Assembly (NCBI GenBank): GCA_039808825.1
Contig: JBDHTV010000001.1
Span: 1 to 37,882 of the forward strand
Length of the DNA stretch: 37,882 nucleotides
Reading direction: 5' to 3'
Source of the DNA: Bdellovibrionales bacterium
GTDB taxonomy: Bacteria; Pseudomonadota; Alphaproteobacteria; UBA9219; RFNS01
Shown here: positions 1 to 9,525 of the stretch, one piece after another
Layout: each line of letters opens with the position of its first letter
Numbering within the stretch: the first letter of the stretch is position 1
Notes under the pieces: generated by a model
The model's database searches: none
What the model saw: the letters and a program-made list of their open reading frames with translations, nothing else
What the model was told of the DNA's origin: nothing
Program-made: the position numbers and the translations under genes

Positions 1-828
1 CGCCTGCTGGTGTTCGGCGCGGTGCATGGCGATGAGATTTGCGGGCCGATCGCCATCAACCGCATCATGCCGGAATTCGAGAGCGGCAAATACGCGCTCA
101 AGCAAGGCCGCCTCACCTTCGTGCCGATCTGCAATCCGCGCGCTTATGAGCAGAATGTCCGCTATACTGAACGCAACCTGAACCGCAACCTGCTGCCGCA
201 GGAAGTGCCGGATTGCTATGAAGCGGTGCTCGGCAATCTGCTCTGCCCGCTGATCCAGGATTGCGATGTTCTGCTCGACATCCATTCCTATCATGTCGGC
301 GGCCCGGCCTTTATCTTCATCGATCCGGCGGACAAGCCCAATATCGCCTTTGCGACCGCGCTCGGCGCCGATACGGTCATCAGCAACTTTGCTGGAGCCA
401 TTAGCGCCACCGGGCGCAGCACGGGCGATGCCGCCAATTGGTCGATCGGCACCACCGAATATGCCCGCATGTTCGGCGCGATGTCCGTGACGCTCGAATG
501 CGGTCAGCATCGCGCACCGGAAGCGCCGGAAATCGCTTATCAAGCCATTCTCGGTGCGCTGCGCCATCTCGATATGCTCGCCGGTTCGGCACCCGCTGCG
601 GGCAAAACCCGCCATGTCGTGGTCGAAAGCGTCGTCTATCGCGATGACGAAGGTCATTTTGCCAAGCCGTGGCAGCATCTCGACAATATTCCGGCCAAGG
701 CCGTCATCGCAACGCGCGCGAACGGCGAAGTGCTGTATGCGCCCAAGGACAGCGTCATCATCCTGCCCCGCGCCGATGCCGAAATGGGCGCCGAATGGTA
801 TTATCTAGGGCATGAAGCGCCGGTCTGA
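1..828 (+). CDS. Succinylglutamate desuccinylase/aspartoacylase (AstE/AspA, M14-like zinc hydrolase) family protein, 5'-truncated by the window edge
   Basis: The frame is open from base 1 (RLLVFGAVHGDEICGP...). It has an H-x-x-E zinc-ligand motif (VHGDE) near the N-terminus and a later D-I-H-S motif typical of the family. Stop codon at 826-828. Confidence 0.7.
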   Translation, partial: RLLVFGAVHGDEICGPIAINRIMPEFESGKYALKQGRLTFVPICNPRAYEQNVRYTERNLNRNLLPQEVPDCYEAVLGNLLCPLIQDCDVLLDIHSYHVGGPAFIFIDPADKPNIAFATALGADTVISNFAGAISATGRSTGDAANWSIGTTEYARMFGAMSVTLECGQHRAPEAPEIAYQAILGALRHLDMLAGSAPAAGKTRHVVVESVVYRDDEGHFAKPWQHLDNIPAKAVIATRANGEVLYAPKDSVIILPRADAEMGAEWYYLGHEAPV

Positions 829-1084
829 TCCGGCCATTTTGCAGCAGCGAAAGGTCTGCCCCTGACCTGAAACACAATCTTATCAAACCGCTAGACGGCT
901 ACGCCGTCACCGCACGTTCTACTTCAAGGCCGGACGCTATAGCATTTTTTAGCAAGTGATTTTTTCCTACCAAATTATCCGAAAAGAGCTATTTTAAGCC
1001 CTATCGTTGGGCGGGCGTGCCGCCGCAGCAATCCGATAGTTTTTCCATGGGAACGGTCCTGCGCCAAGCGGACCGAAAGATGCA

Positions 1085-4027
1085 ATGTCTCTGCAGCAAC
1101 AAACCTTCCTATCCGCCGCCAATGCCGACTTCGTCGCCGAGCTTTATGCGCGCTATCGTGCCGAGCCCGCGAGCGTCGATGCCAGCTGGGCCGCCTTCTT
1201 CAACGATCTGCGCGACGACGAAAAAGTCCTGCTCGGCGAATTGCGCGGCGCCTCCTGGGCCCCCCGCCCGAGCAACAAGATCGTCGGCAGCACCTATAGC
1301 GACGAGCCAGCAAAGACCCCGGCAAAAGGCGCCAAGACCGATGGCAAGGCGACGGAAGCCAAGGCTGCTCCGGCGCCCGAGCAGCTGCGCGCGGCGACGC
1401 AGGACAGCCTGCGCGCCCTGATGCTGATCCGCTCGCATCGCGTGCGCGGCCATCTCACCGCCAATCTCGACCCGCTGGGCCTGATGCAGCGCGCCGGCAA
1501 TGCCGAGCTGACTCCCGCCTATTATGGCTTCACTGAAGCGGATATGGACCGCCCGATTTTCATCGACGGCGTGCTCGGTTTCGAGACCGCGACGCTGCGC
1601 CAGATCATGGCGCGGCTGCAGGCCACCTATTGCGGTACGGTCGGCGTCGAGTTCATGCATATCCAGAGCCCGGAAGAAAAGCACTGGCTGCAGACCCGCG
1701 TCGAATCCGGCGCGCTGCAAAGTACGCTCAGCAAGGCGCAAAAGACCAAGCTGCTGCAACGGCTGATGGCAGGCGAAGGCTTCGAGAAATTCCTGCAGGT
1801 CAAGTTCACGGGCGTGAAGCGCTTCGGGCTTGAGGGCGGCGAAACGATGATCCCGGCGCTTGAAGCGATGATCGAGCGCGGCGCGGAGCTCGGCCTGCGC
1901 GAAATCGTGGTCGGCATGGCGCATCGCGGCCGTCTCAACGTCCTCACCAATATTCTCGGCAAGTCTTTCACCGCGATGTTCGCGGAATTCCAGGGCACCA
2001 GTGCCTACCCCGACAGCGTGCAGGGTTCAGGCGACGTAAAATATCATCTCGGCACCTCAACCGACCGCGAATTCGCGGGCCAGACCGTGCATTTGACCAT
2101 GAACCCGAACCCGTCGCATCTCGAATGGGTCAACCCGGTCGTGGTCGGCCGCGTGCGCGCCAAGCAGCAGCAATTCTCCGGCAGCCACCGCACATCGGAC
2201 GACGCGCGCGGCCAGGTCGCCGCGTTGCTCATCCATGGCGACGCCGCTTTCGCCGGTCAGGGCATTGTTCCGGAAACGCTGATGCTGTCCGAACTGCTCG
2301 GCTACCGCACCGGCGGCTCGCTGCATTTCGTCATCAACAATCAGGTCGGCTTCACCACCAGCCCGCAATATTCGCGGTCTGGCGTTTACTGCACCGATGT
2401 CGCCAAGATGGTGCAGGCGCCGATTCTGCATGTGAACGGCGACGATGTCGAAGCGGTGGCGCGCTGCGCCGTTCTGGCGATGGAATATCGCCAGCAATTC
2501 AACCGCGACGTCGTGGTGGATATGGTCTGCTATCGCCGCCATGGCCATAACGAGAGCGACGAGCCCGCTTTCACCCAGCCGCAGATGTATGCCGCGATCA
2601 AGCAGCATCCGACGATTTTCGAAGTCTATAGCAAGCAACTGATCGCCGAAGGTTCGATCACGGCGGCGGAAGCCGAGGCGGTGCAGAAGGACTTCATGAG
2701 CCGCATGGAAAAGGATTTCCAGGCCGCGACGACCTACAAGCCGAACAAGGCCGATTGGCTCGAAGGCAAATGGCAGGGGCTGGAAGCCGCGCAACGCGGG
2801 GAAGAAGCGCTGGTCCCGACCGGCGTCGCGTTAAAGACGCTGCAGGAAGTCGGCAAGGCCATCAGCAGCGTGCCGGACAGTTTCGCCATCAACCCCAAGA
2901 TCGCCAAGCAGCTTGAAGCCAAGCGCGCGATGATCGAAACCGGCGAAGGCCTCGACTGGGCCACCGCCGAGGCGCTCGCCTTCGGCACGCTGTTGCTGGA
3001 GGATACGCATGTCCGCCTGTCCGGGCAGGATGTCGGCCGCGGCACCTTCTCGCATCGTCATGCCGTGCTTTACGATCAAAATACGGAAGAGAAATATCGC
3101 CCGCTCAGCAATATCCGCCCCGAGCAGGCCATCTTCGAAGTGCATGACAGCCCCTTGTCTGAAGCGGCGGTACTCGGTTTCGATTACGGCTTCTCGCTCG
3201 CCGAACCGCATGCGCTGGTCTGCTGGGAAGGCCAGTTCGGTGATTTCGTCAACGGCGCGCAGATCATCATCGACCAGTTCATCGCCTCGTCGGAATCCAA
3301 GTGGCTGCGCATGTCGGGCATCACGCTGCTGTTGCCGCACGGCTATGAAGGCCAAGGGCCGGAGCACAGCTCCTGCCGCATCGAGCGGTTCCTACAGCTC
3401 TGTGCCGAAGAGAACTGGCAGGTCGCAAACTGCACCACGCCCGCCAATTATTTCCACATCCTGCGCCGCCAGATGCGCCGCAAGTTCCGCAAGCCGCTCG
3501 TACTCGCGACGCCAAAATCGCTGCTGCGCCACAAGCTCTGCGTTTCCAAGCTCGCCGAGTTCGGGCCCAATACCGGCTTCCTGCGTGTGATCGGCGATAC
3601 CACCGCCGGGCTGCAGCAAGGTCCACGCGTCAAGCGCGTTGTGCTCTGCAGCGGCAAGGTCTATTATGATCTCTTCGCTGCGCGCGAAGCGCAGAAGATT
3701 GACGATGTCGCCATTGTCCGCCTTGAGCAGTTCTATCCCTTCCCGCACAAGCTCCTCGCCCAGGAACTCGCACGCTATCCGAACGCCGATATCGTCTGGT
3801 GCCAGGAAGAGCCGGAGAACCAGGGCGGCTGGCAGTTCGTGGACCGCCGGATCGAAGCCGTGCTCACCGAACTTGGCGGCAAGGTCAAGCGTCCGGTCTA
3901 TGTCGGTCGCGTGCCCGGCGCCGCGCCCGCCACCGGCTCGCTCAAGCGCCATAACAAGGAGCAGGAAGCGATCGTCAATCAGGCGCTCGGTGCCGCAACC
4001 GCGACCGCGCTGGCAGCCAATGGTTGA
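1085..4027 (+). CDS. sucA: 2-oxoglutarate dehydrogenase E1 component
   Basis: 980-aa ORF. Characteristic N-terminus (FLSAANADFVAELYARY...W..FF), ThDP-binding region (GDAAFAGQG, NNQVGFTT) and length match SucA. It lies directly upstream of sucB. Confidence 0.97.
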   Translation: MSLQQQTFLSAANADFVAELYARYRAEPASVDASWAAFFNDLRDDEKVLLGELRGASWAPRPSNKIVGSTYSDEPAKTPAKGAKTDGKATEAKAAPAPEQLRAATQDSLRALMLIRSHRVRGHLTANLDPLGLMQRAGNAELTPAYYGFTEADMDRPIFIDGVLGFETATLRQIMARLQATYCGTVGVEFMHIQSPEEKHWLQTRVESGALQSTLSKAQKTKLLQRLMAGEGFEKFLQVKFTGVKRFGLEGGETMIPALEAMIERGAELGLREIVVGMAHRGRLNVLTNILGKSFTAMFAEFQGTSAYPDSVQGSGDVKYHLGTSTDREFAGQTVHLTMNPNPSHLEWVNPVVVGRVRAKQQQFSGSHRTSDDARGQVAALLIHGDAAFAGQGIVPETLMLSELLGYRTGGSLHFVINNQVGFTTSPQYSRSGVYCTDVAKMVQAPILHVNGDDVEAVARCAVLAMEYRQQFNRDVVVDMVCYRRHGHNESDEPAFTQPQMYAAIKQHPTIFEVYSKQLIAEGSITAAEAEAVQKDFMSRMEKDFQAATTYKPNKADWLEGKWQGLEAAQRGEEALVPTGVALKTLQEVGKAISSVPDSFAINPKIAKQLEAKRAMIETGEGLDWATAEALAFGTLLLEDTHVRLSGQDVGRGTFSHRHAVLYDQNTEEKYRPLSNIRPEQAIFEVHDSPLSEAAVLGFDYGFSLAEPHALVCWEGQFGDFVNGAQIIIDQFIASSESKWLRMSGITLLLPHGYEGQGPEHSSCRIERFLQLCAEENWQVANCTTPANYFHILRRQMRRKFRKPLVLATPKSLLRHKLCVSKLAEFGPNTGFLRVIGDTTAGLQQGPRVKRVVLCSGKVYYDLFAAREAQKIDDVAIVRLEQFYPFPHKLLAQELARYPNADIVWCQEEPENQGGWQFVDRRIEAVLTELGGKVKRPVYVGRVPGAAPATGSLKRHNKEQEAIVNQALGAATATALAANG

Positions 4028-4100
4028 CCGGCGCGCCGCTAAGTTCTAAGTCACAGGTCAAAGTTTTTGTTCAAAAATTCTCTCCGTTAAGAGGCCCGTC

Positions 4101-5333
4101 ATGAGCACGCAAATCATCGTCCCACCCATGGGTGAATCCGTCAGCGAAGCCACCGTCGCCAAATGGCTGAAGCAGGTGGGCGACAGCGTGAAGGTGGATG
4201 AGCCGTTGGTCGAGCTGGAAACCGACAAGGTGACGCTGGAAGTCAACGCGGCGGTCGCCGGCGTGATCAGCGCCATCAAGGCCCCGGCGGGCAGCAATGT
4301 TGCCGTCGGCGCCATTCTCGGCGAAATCGGCGGCACAGCCGCCGGTGCCGCTCCGGCTGCCAAGGCCGCACCTGCCGCGGAACCGGCCAAGACGGCAGCA
4401 CCGGCGCAAGCCGCCGCGACGCCGTTCGTCATGCCTGCCGCGCAAAAGCTGGCCGCCGAAAGCGGCGTGAACCCTTATGCCATCAGCGGGTCCGGCCTCA
4501 ATGGCCGCGTCCTGAAGGAAGATGTGCAGGCCGCGGCAAGCGGCAAATCCGCCGCCCCGGCGGCGGCCCCCGCGGCTGCTCCGGCTCCTGCCGCCAAGGC
4601 CCCGGCGGCCCCCTCTGGCCCGCGCGCACGCGGCGACCGCGAAGAACGCGTCCGCATGACCCGTCTGCGTCAACGTATTGCCGAGCGGCTCAAGGATGCG
4701 CAGAACACCGCCGCGATGCTCACGACCTTCAATGAAATCGACATGACGAACGTCATTGCGCTGCGCAACCAGCACAAGGACAATTTCGAGAAGAAGCACG
4801 GCGTCAAACTCGGCTTCATGAGCTTTTTCGTCAAGGCCTGTATCGTGGCGCTCAAGGAGCTGCCCGCGGTCAATGCCGAAATTGACGGCGATGATCTCGT
4901 TTACAAGAACTATTACGATATCGGCGTCGCCGTCGGCACGCCGCAAGGCCTCGTCGTGCCCGTGGTGCGCGATGCCGACCAGCTGAGCTTCGCCGCGACC
5001 GAAAAGACGATCGGCGATCTCGGCAAGAAGGCGCGCGACGGCAAGCTCAGCATGGCCGAGTTGACCGGCGGCAGCTTCACCATCACCAATGGCGGCGTCT
5101 ATGGTTCACTGATGAGCACGCCGATCCTGAACCCGCCGCAATCCGGCATTCTCGGCATGCACGCCACCAAGGAGCGCGTCGTCGCCGTCAACGGCAAGAT
5201 TGAAATCCGCCCGATGATGTATGTTGCCCTGTCTTATGACCATCGCATCATCGACGGACGCGAAGCCGTGACCTTCCTGGTGCGCGTCAAGGAATGCATC
5301 GAGAATCCGGAACGCATCTTGCTTGATGTCTAA
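4101..5333 (+). CDS. sucB: Dihydrolipoyllysine-residue succinyltransferase (E2 of 2-oxoglutarate dehydrogenase)
   Basis: Lipoyl domain ([11 protein letters not shown]), Ala/Pro linkers, a peripheral-subunit-binding domain ([31 protein letters not shown]) and a catalytic domain with DHRIIDG. AAGAGG Shine-Dalgarno sequence 7 nt upstream of the ATG. Confidence 0.95.
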   Translation: MSTQIIVPPMGESVSEATVAKWLKQVGDSVKVDEPLVELETDKVTLEVNAAVAGVISAIKAPAGSNVAVGAILGEIGGTAAGAAPAAKAAPAAEPAKTAAPAQAAATPFVMPAAQKLAAESGVNPYAISGSGLNGRVLKEDVQAAASGKSAAPAAAPAAAPAPAAKAPAAPSGPRARGDREERVRMTRLRQRIAERLKDAQNTAAMLTTFNEIDMTNVIALRNQHKDNFEKKHGVKLGFMSFFVKACIVALKELPAVNAEIDGDDLVYKNYYDIGVAVGTPQGLVVPVVRDADQLSFAATEKTIGDLGKKARDGKLSMAELTGGSFTITNGGVYGSLMSTPILNPPQSGILGMHATKERVVAVNGKIEIRPMMYVALSYDHRIIDGREAVTFLVRVKECIENPERILLDV

Positions 5334-5358
5334 GCGCGTGCTGATGGGATAACCAGCC

Positions 5359-5721
5359 ATGCCGTCCAAGTTTCGTCTGCCGCTCTTCTGCCTTGCTGCC
5401 CTGCTGGTCGGCCTGTCGGATATGGCGGCAGCGCGCATGGCGGCACCGCGTAACGGCCTGAGCAGTTACGAAGCCAGCATCGACCGTTCCTGCCAGACGG
5501 ACGCCGATTGCACGGTCAAGGATGTCCATAATTGCTGCGGCTATTATCCGGCCTGCGTGAACAAGGATGCCAAGACCGATCCCGCGCTGGTGCAGCAGCT
5601 CTGCGCCAAAGAAGGTATGGCCGGTGTCTGCGGCTTTCCCGCCATCAGCAGCTGTGGTTGCGTCGCTCACGCTTGTCAGCCGGCCGGCAATGGCAGCCCG
5701 ATGGCACCGGTTGCCCAATAG
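5359..5721 (+). CDS. Small secreted cysteine-rich hypothetical protein (120 aa) embedded between sucB and lpdA
   Basis: N-terminal signal-peptide-like segment (KFRLPLFCLAALLVGLSDMAAA) followed by about 95 aa containing 10 Cys (CQTDADC, NCCGYYPAC, QLC, GVC, SSCGC, HAC). Same strand and tight spacing with sucB and lpdA. I recognise no family. Confidence 0.55.
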   Translation: MPSKFRLPLFCLAALLVGLSDMAAARMAAPRNGLSSYEASIDRSCQTDADCTVKDVHNCCGYYPACVNKDAKTDPALVQQLCAKEGMAGVCGFPAISSCGCVAHACQPAGNGSPMAPVAQ

Positions 5722-5757
5722 TTTGTTTCATAACTTCATAACGCCAAGGTAAAGAAC

Positions 5758-7164
5758 ATGTCCGAACAGAATTTCGATCTCGTCGTCATCGGCGCCGGCC
5801 CCGGTGGTTACGTTGCCGCCATCCGCGCTGCCCAGCTCGGCATGAAGGTCGCTTGTGTCGAATCGCGCGCCACGCTCGGCGGCACCTGTCTCAATGTCGG
5901 CTGCATCCCCTCCAAGGCGCTGCTCACCAGCTCCGAGAAATATGCCGAAGCGCGCGACCATTTTGCCCAGCACGGCATCAAGGTCGGGACGCTGAGCTTC
6001 GACCTCAAGGGCATGATGGAGCACAAGAACAAGGTGGTGAAGGACAACACCGCGGGGATCGAGTTCCTGTTCAAGAAGAACAAAATCACCCGCTTCACCG
6101 GACGCGGCACGATTACGGCGCCCGGCCAGATCATGGTGCGCGGCGAAGGCGGCACGCAGGCGCTCAAGGCCAAACATATCCTGATCGCGACGGGTTCGGA
6201 ATCCACACCGCTGCCCGGCATCGTGGTGGACGAAAAGCGTATCGTCACTTCGACCGGCGCACTTGAGCTTGCCGTCGTACCCAAGACCATGGTCGTGATC
6301 GGCGGCGGCGTGATCGGGCTTGAAATCGGCTCGGTCTGGCAACGGCTCGGCACGCAGGTCACCGTGGTCGAATTCGCCGACCGCATCCTGCCGACGATGG
6401 ATGCCGAAGTCTCGAAGCATATGCAGCGCATTCTCGGCAAGCAGGGCATGCAGTTCAAGCTCGCGAGCAAGGTCACGAGCGCGATTGCCGGTGCGCATGA
6501 TGTCGGACTGACGCTCGAAGCCGCGGCGGGCGGCAATCATGAGACGATGATTGCCGATATCGTCCTCGTCGCCGTGGGCCGCCGCCCCTTTACCGAAGGG
6601 CTGGGGCTGGAAACGGTCGGCGTCGCGCTCGACGAGCGCAAGCGCATCAAAACCGACGCGCATTTCGCCACCAATGTGCCGGGCATCTATGCCATCGGCG
6701 ACGTCATCGCCGGACCGATGCTGGCCCACAAGGCGGAAGAGGAAGGCGTGGTTTGCGTCGAGATGATCGCGGGTCAGAAGCCGCACCTCAATTACGACGC
6801 GATCCCCGGCGTGGTCTATACCTGGCCGGAAGTCGGCAGCGTCGGCAAGACGGAGGAAGAGCTCAAGAAAGCCGGAATCGCCTACAAGACCGGTAAGTTC
6901 CCCTTCTCGGCCAATGGCCGCGCCCGCGCGATGGGCGACAGCGAAGGCTTCGTCAAGATCCTGGCCGATGCAAAGACCGACCGGGTGCTTGGCGCGCATA
7001 TCATCGGACCCGATGCCGGCACGCTAATCGCCGAAGTCGCGATGGCGATTGAATTCGGCGCCAGCGCCGAAGATATTGCGCGCACCTGCCATGCCCATCC
7101 GACGCTCAACGAGGCGGTCAAGGAAGCGGCGTTGGCGGCAGATGGCCGTGCCGTGCATATCTGA
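5758..7164 (+). CDS. lpdA: Dihydrolipoyl dehydrogenase (E3)
   Basis: FAD-binding GAGPGGY, redox-active disulfide [10 protein letters not shown], a second Rossmann motif (GGGVIGLE) and C-terminal HAHPT. 468 aa. Confidence 0.95.
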   Translation: MSEQNFDLVVIGAGPGGYVAAIRAAQLGMKVACVESRATLGGTCLNVGCIPSKALLTSSEKYAEARDHFAQHGIKVGTLSFDLKGMMEHKNKVVKDNTAGIEFLFKKNKITRFTGRGTITAPGQIMVRGEGGTQALKAKHILIATGSESTPLPGIVVDEKRIVTSTGALELAVVPKTMVVIGGGVIGLEIGSVWQRLGTQVTVVEFADRILPTMDAEVSKHMQRILGKQGMQFKLASKVTSAIAGAHDVGLTLEAAAGGNHETMIADIVLVAVGRRPFTEGLGLETVGVALDERKRIKTDAHFATNVPGIYAIGDVIAGPMLAHKAEEEGVVCVEMIAGQKPHLNYDAIPGVVYTWPEVGSVGKTEEELKKAGIAYKTGKFPFSANGRARAMGDSEGFVKILADAKTDRVLGAHIIGPDAGTLIAEVAMAIEFGASAEDIARTCHAHPTLNEAVKEAALAADGRAVHI

Positions 7165-7169
7165 GCGAC

Positions 7170-7610
7170 TTACTTTTCCGGCACGCCGAAAATGACGGGA
7201 CGCGGCCCGACAAAGGCCGCCGGACGTACGGCTTGCGGATTGGACAATAGCTTCGGATCAAAGCCGGCAGGTTTGCCCACCGCTGCTTCACGTTGCTTGC
7301 TGGCGGCCTGCGCCAAGGCAATATCCGCTGTCTGCTTGCCGTTATAATCATGATAGGCCGTACCGGGCTCGCGGCTATGATCGGTCAGGAAAACGACCTT
7401 GCCGGGTTCAAAACGCACAGCCAGCATCTTGCCAAGCAAAATGTGATGCTCTTTCTGCGCGGCGAGTATCCGCTCGGCCTGCGCTTCCGTAATTGTCTTG
7501 CCTTTTGCAAAAGGCTGGTGAGCCTGCGCCTGATTATAGAGCGCCTGCAGTACCAGCGCAGGGCGCGTGTCACCAATCGCTATGCCACCAGGTTCAACCA
7601 TATCGCGCAT
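7170..7610 (-). CDS. Hypothetical protein (146 aa). Possibly the C-terminal part of a longer gene interrupted by an in-frame TAG at 7620-7622
   Basis: Open frame with normal codon usage but no obvious Shine-Dalgarno sequence upstream of the ATG at 7610. It is in the same frame as the upstream ORF 7620-7844. No family recognised. Confidence 0.45.
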   Translation of the reverse strand: MRDMVEPGGIAIGDTRPALVLQALYNQAQAHQPFAKGKTITEAQAERILAAQKEHHILLGKMLAVRFEPGKVVFLTDHSREPGTAYHDYNGKQTADIALAQAASKQREAAVGKPAGFDPKLLSNPQAVRPAAFVGPRPVIFGVPEK

Positions 7611-7619
7611 GATGATGGC

Positions 7620-7844
7620 CTATTCCGGATCGATCATTGGAATGATGACAACGCCGCGCTCGCCTTCAGGCCCGCGGCGTGGACGGTGTGGCCCGCCGCT
7701 CGGATCATCGCCGGACGGCGGGTAATATGGCATGGGCGCGGGCAACGGAATCTGCGGCGCATCGCGATCACGCCGACGCTGGCCCTTGTCAGGGATGGGG
7801 AACCAACCGCCTTTGGGAATTTCAATATCAAACTTGCCTGGCAT
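7620..7844 (-). CDS. Hypothetical Pro/Arg-rich small protein (74 aa). Possibly the N-terminal part of a longer interrupted or readthrough gene
   Basis: The ATG at 7844 is preceded by a strong SD (GGGGAGGA, 5-nt spacer), so I prefer it to the ORF-track start at 7898. The ORF ends at TAG 7620-7622 and is in frame with 7170-7610. Confidence 0.4.
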   Translation of the reverse strand: MPGKFDIEIPKGGWFPIPDKGQRRRDRDAPQIPLPAPMPYYPPSGDDPSGGPHRPRRGPEGERGVVIIPMIDPE

Positions 7845-7936
7845 GTCATTCCTCCCCCGTTGCGCCGAACAGGAAAAGGCTAGCACGAAGCGCCGCAAGT
7901 AAAAGCGGATTATGCACTAAAGGTTAATAACCAGCG

Positions 7937-9460
7937 TTATGACTGCAGCAGGCTCTGCCCGTCCATCGCCGCCGGTTGCGGCAGACCGAGCAGAGCGAGC
8001 AAGGTCGGCGCGACATCGGCGAGCTTGCCATCCGCCAGCCCAGTCACGCCAGCCGGGGCCCCCGCCAGGAACATCGGCACCCGGTTCAACGTATGGGCCG
8101 TATGCGGCCCTTTGGTGACCGGGTCAACCATCATTTCACAATTGCCGTGGTCGGCAGTGACGAAAATGGCTCCACCCTGACGTCTGACCGCCGCAACCAG
8201 CGCACCAAGCCCCTGATCAACCGCCTCGACCGCCTTGATCGCCGCCGCCAGGATGCCGCTATGCCCCACCATGTCGCAATTGGCGTAATTGATGACGATA
8301 AGGTCAAACTTGCCGCTATCGACCGCCGCGACGACTTGCGCCGTGACTTCCGCCGCCGACATTTCCGGTTGCAAATCATAGGTCGCGACCTTGGGCGAAG
8401 GTACGAGAATGCGTTCTTCACCGGGATAAACGGCCTCAAGGCCGCCATTGAAGAAGAACGTCACATGCGGATATTTCTCGGTTTCCGCGATGCGCAGCTG
8501 CTTGAGCCCGGCGCGTGCCACGATCTCGCCGAGACCGTCGCGGATATCCTTCGGCGGAAACAAGGTTGTCAGGAAGGCGTTAAGCGCTGCGGAATATTCG
8601 ACCATGCCGACGGCAGCCGCGAACCTGACCACACGCCCGCGCTTGAAACCATCGAATGCCGGGTCAAGCACGGCGGTCAGGATTTCGCGCGCCCGATCGG
8701 CCCGGAAATTAGCGCACAAAATGGCGTCACCGTCCTTCATGCCCTGATAATCCGGCATGGTCAGCGGCGGCATGAACTCATCGCCGGTCCCGGCTTTGTA
8801 ATGTTCGCGCAACACCGCGATCGGGTCGACCACGCGTACGCCGCGCGCATCGACGAGCAGGTCATAAGCCTGCTGCACGCGCTCCCAGCGCTTGTCGCGG
8901 TCCATCGCGAAATAACGTCCGCACAGGGTTGCAAGTCGCACGCCGGGCAACGCGCCGATAGCATTGATAACCTCAGGCAAAACCTCCGCTGCCTGCTGCG
9001 GCGGCACGTCACGGCCATCGAGCCAGACATGAAAAGCAACCGGCACGCCGGCGGCGCTCAGAATCTGGGCCAGCGTCAGCATATGCGCCTGGTGGGCGTG
9101 TACGCCGCCTGGCGACGTCAGGCCAAGCAAATGACAGGTGCCGCCCGACTGCTTGAGTTTATCGATCAACGCATGCAGCGCCGGATTACGTGCCAGTTCG
9201 CCACTCGCAATCGCGCGATCGATCATCGGCAAATCCTGGAACACCACCCGGCCCGCGCCAAGGTTCATGTGTCCGACTTCGGAGTTGCCCATCTGCCCCT
9301 TGGGCAAGCCGACCTGCTCTTCGCAGGCATCGAGGAAACCGCGCGGGCAGCTCGCCCACAGCGCATCGAAATTAGGTTTATGCGCCAGGGCGACGGCGTT
9401 ATTGTCCGTCTCTGTTCGCCAACCAAACCCATCGAGAATACATAACACAACCGGTTTCAT
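7937..9460 (-). CDS. gpmI: 2,3-bisphosphoglycerate-independent phosphoglycerate mutase
   Basis: 507 aa. N-terminus CILDGFG, then GNSEVGHMNLGAGR, ADHGN and the overall iPGM length and layout. Confidence 0.93.
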   Translation of the reverse strand: MKPVVLCILDGFGWRTETDNNAVALAHKPNFDALWASCPRGFLDACEEQVGLPKGQMGNSEVGHMNLGAGRVVFQDLPMIDRAIASGELARNPALHALIDKLKQSGGTCHLLGLTSPGGVHAHQAHMLTLAQILSAAGVPVAFHVWLDGRDVPPQQAAEVLPEVINAIGALPGVRLATLCGRYFAMDRDKRWERVQQAYDLLVDARGVRVVDPIAVLREHYKAGTGDEFMPPLTMPDYQGMKDGDAILCANFRADRAREILTAVLDPAFDGFKRGRVVRFAAAVGMVEYSAALNAFLTTLFPPKDIRDGLGEIVARAGLKQLRIAETEKYPHVTFFFNGGLEAVYPGEERILVPSPKVATYDLQPEMSAAEVTAQVVAAVDSGKFDLIVINYANCDMVGHSGILAAAIKAVEAVDQGLGALVAAVRRQGGAIFVTADHGNCEMMVDPVTKGPHTAHTLNRVPMFLAGAPAGVTGLADGKLADVAPTLLALLGLPQPAAMDGQSLLQS

Positions 9461-9525
9461 GCCTGCCCCTCATCCAATCAGTATCGAGCAAATTTATAAC
9501 AAGCAGACCTGATGGTCAAAGTTGC

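Noticed and set aside
894-950. Small hairpins downstream of the AstE-like gene (GACGGC-TAC-GCCGTC at 894-908; GCTATAGC followed by a T-run near 940-955)
   Set aside because: The stems are short, and the stronger one is not followed by a T-tract. This is too weak to call a terminator or RNA element without folding energies or transcript data.
4310-4625. Repetitive GCC/GCG/CCG-rich DNA in sucB
   Set aside because: It encodes the Ala/Pro-rich flexible linkers that flank the lipoyl and E3-binding domains of E2 proteins. It is an expected low-complexity coding region, not a repeat element.
7976-9445. 489-aa plus-strand ORF opposite gpmI
   Set aside because: Shadow ORF of a well-supported iPGM gene. 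It has an Arg-rich composition and no motifs.
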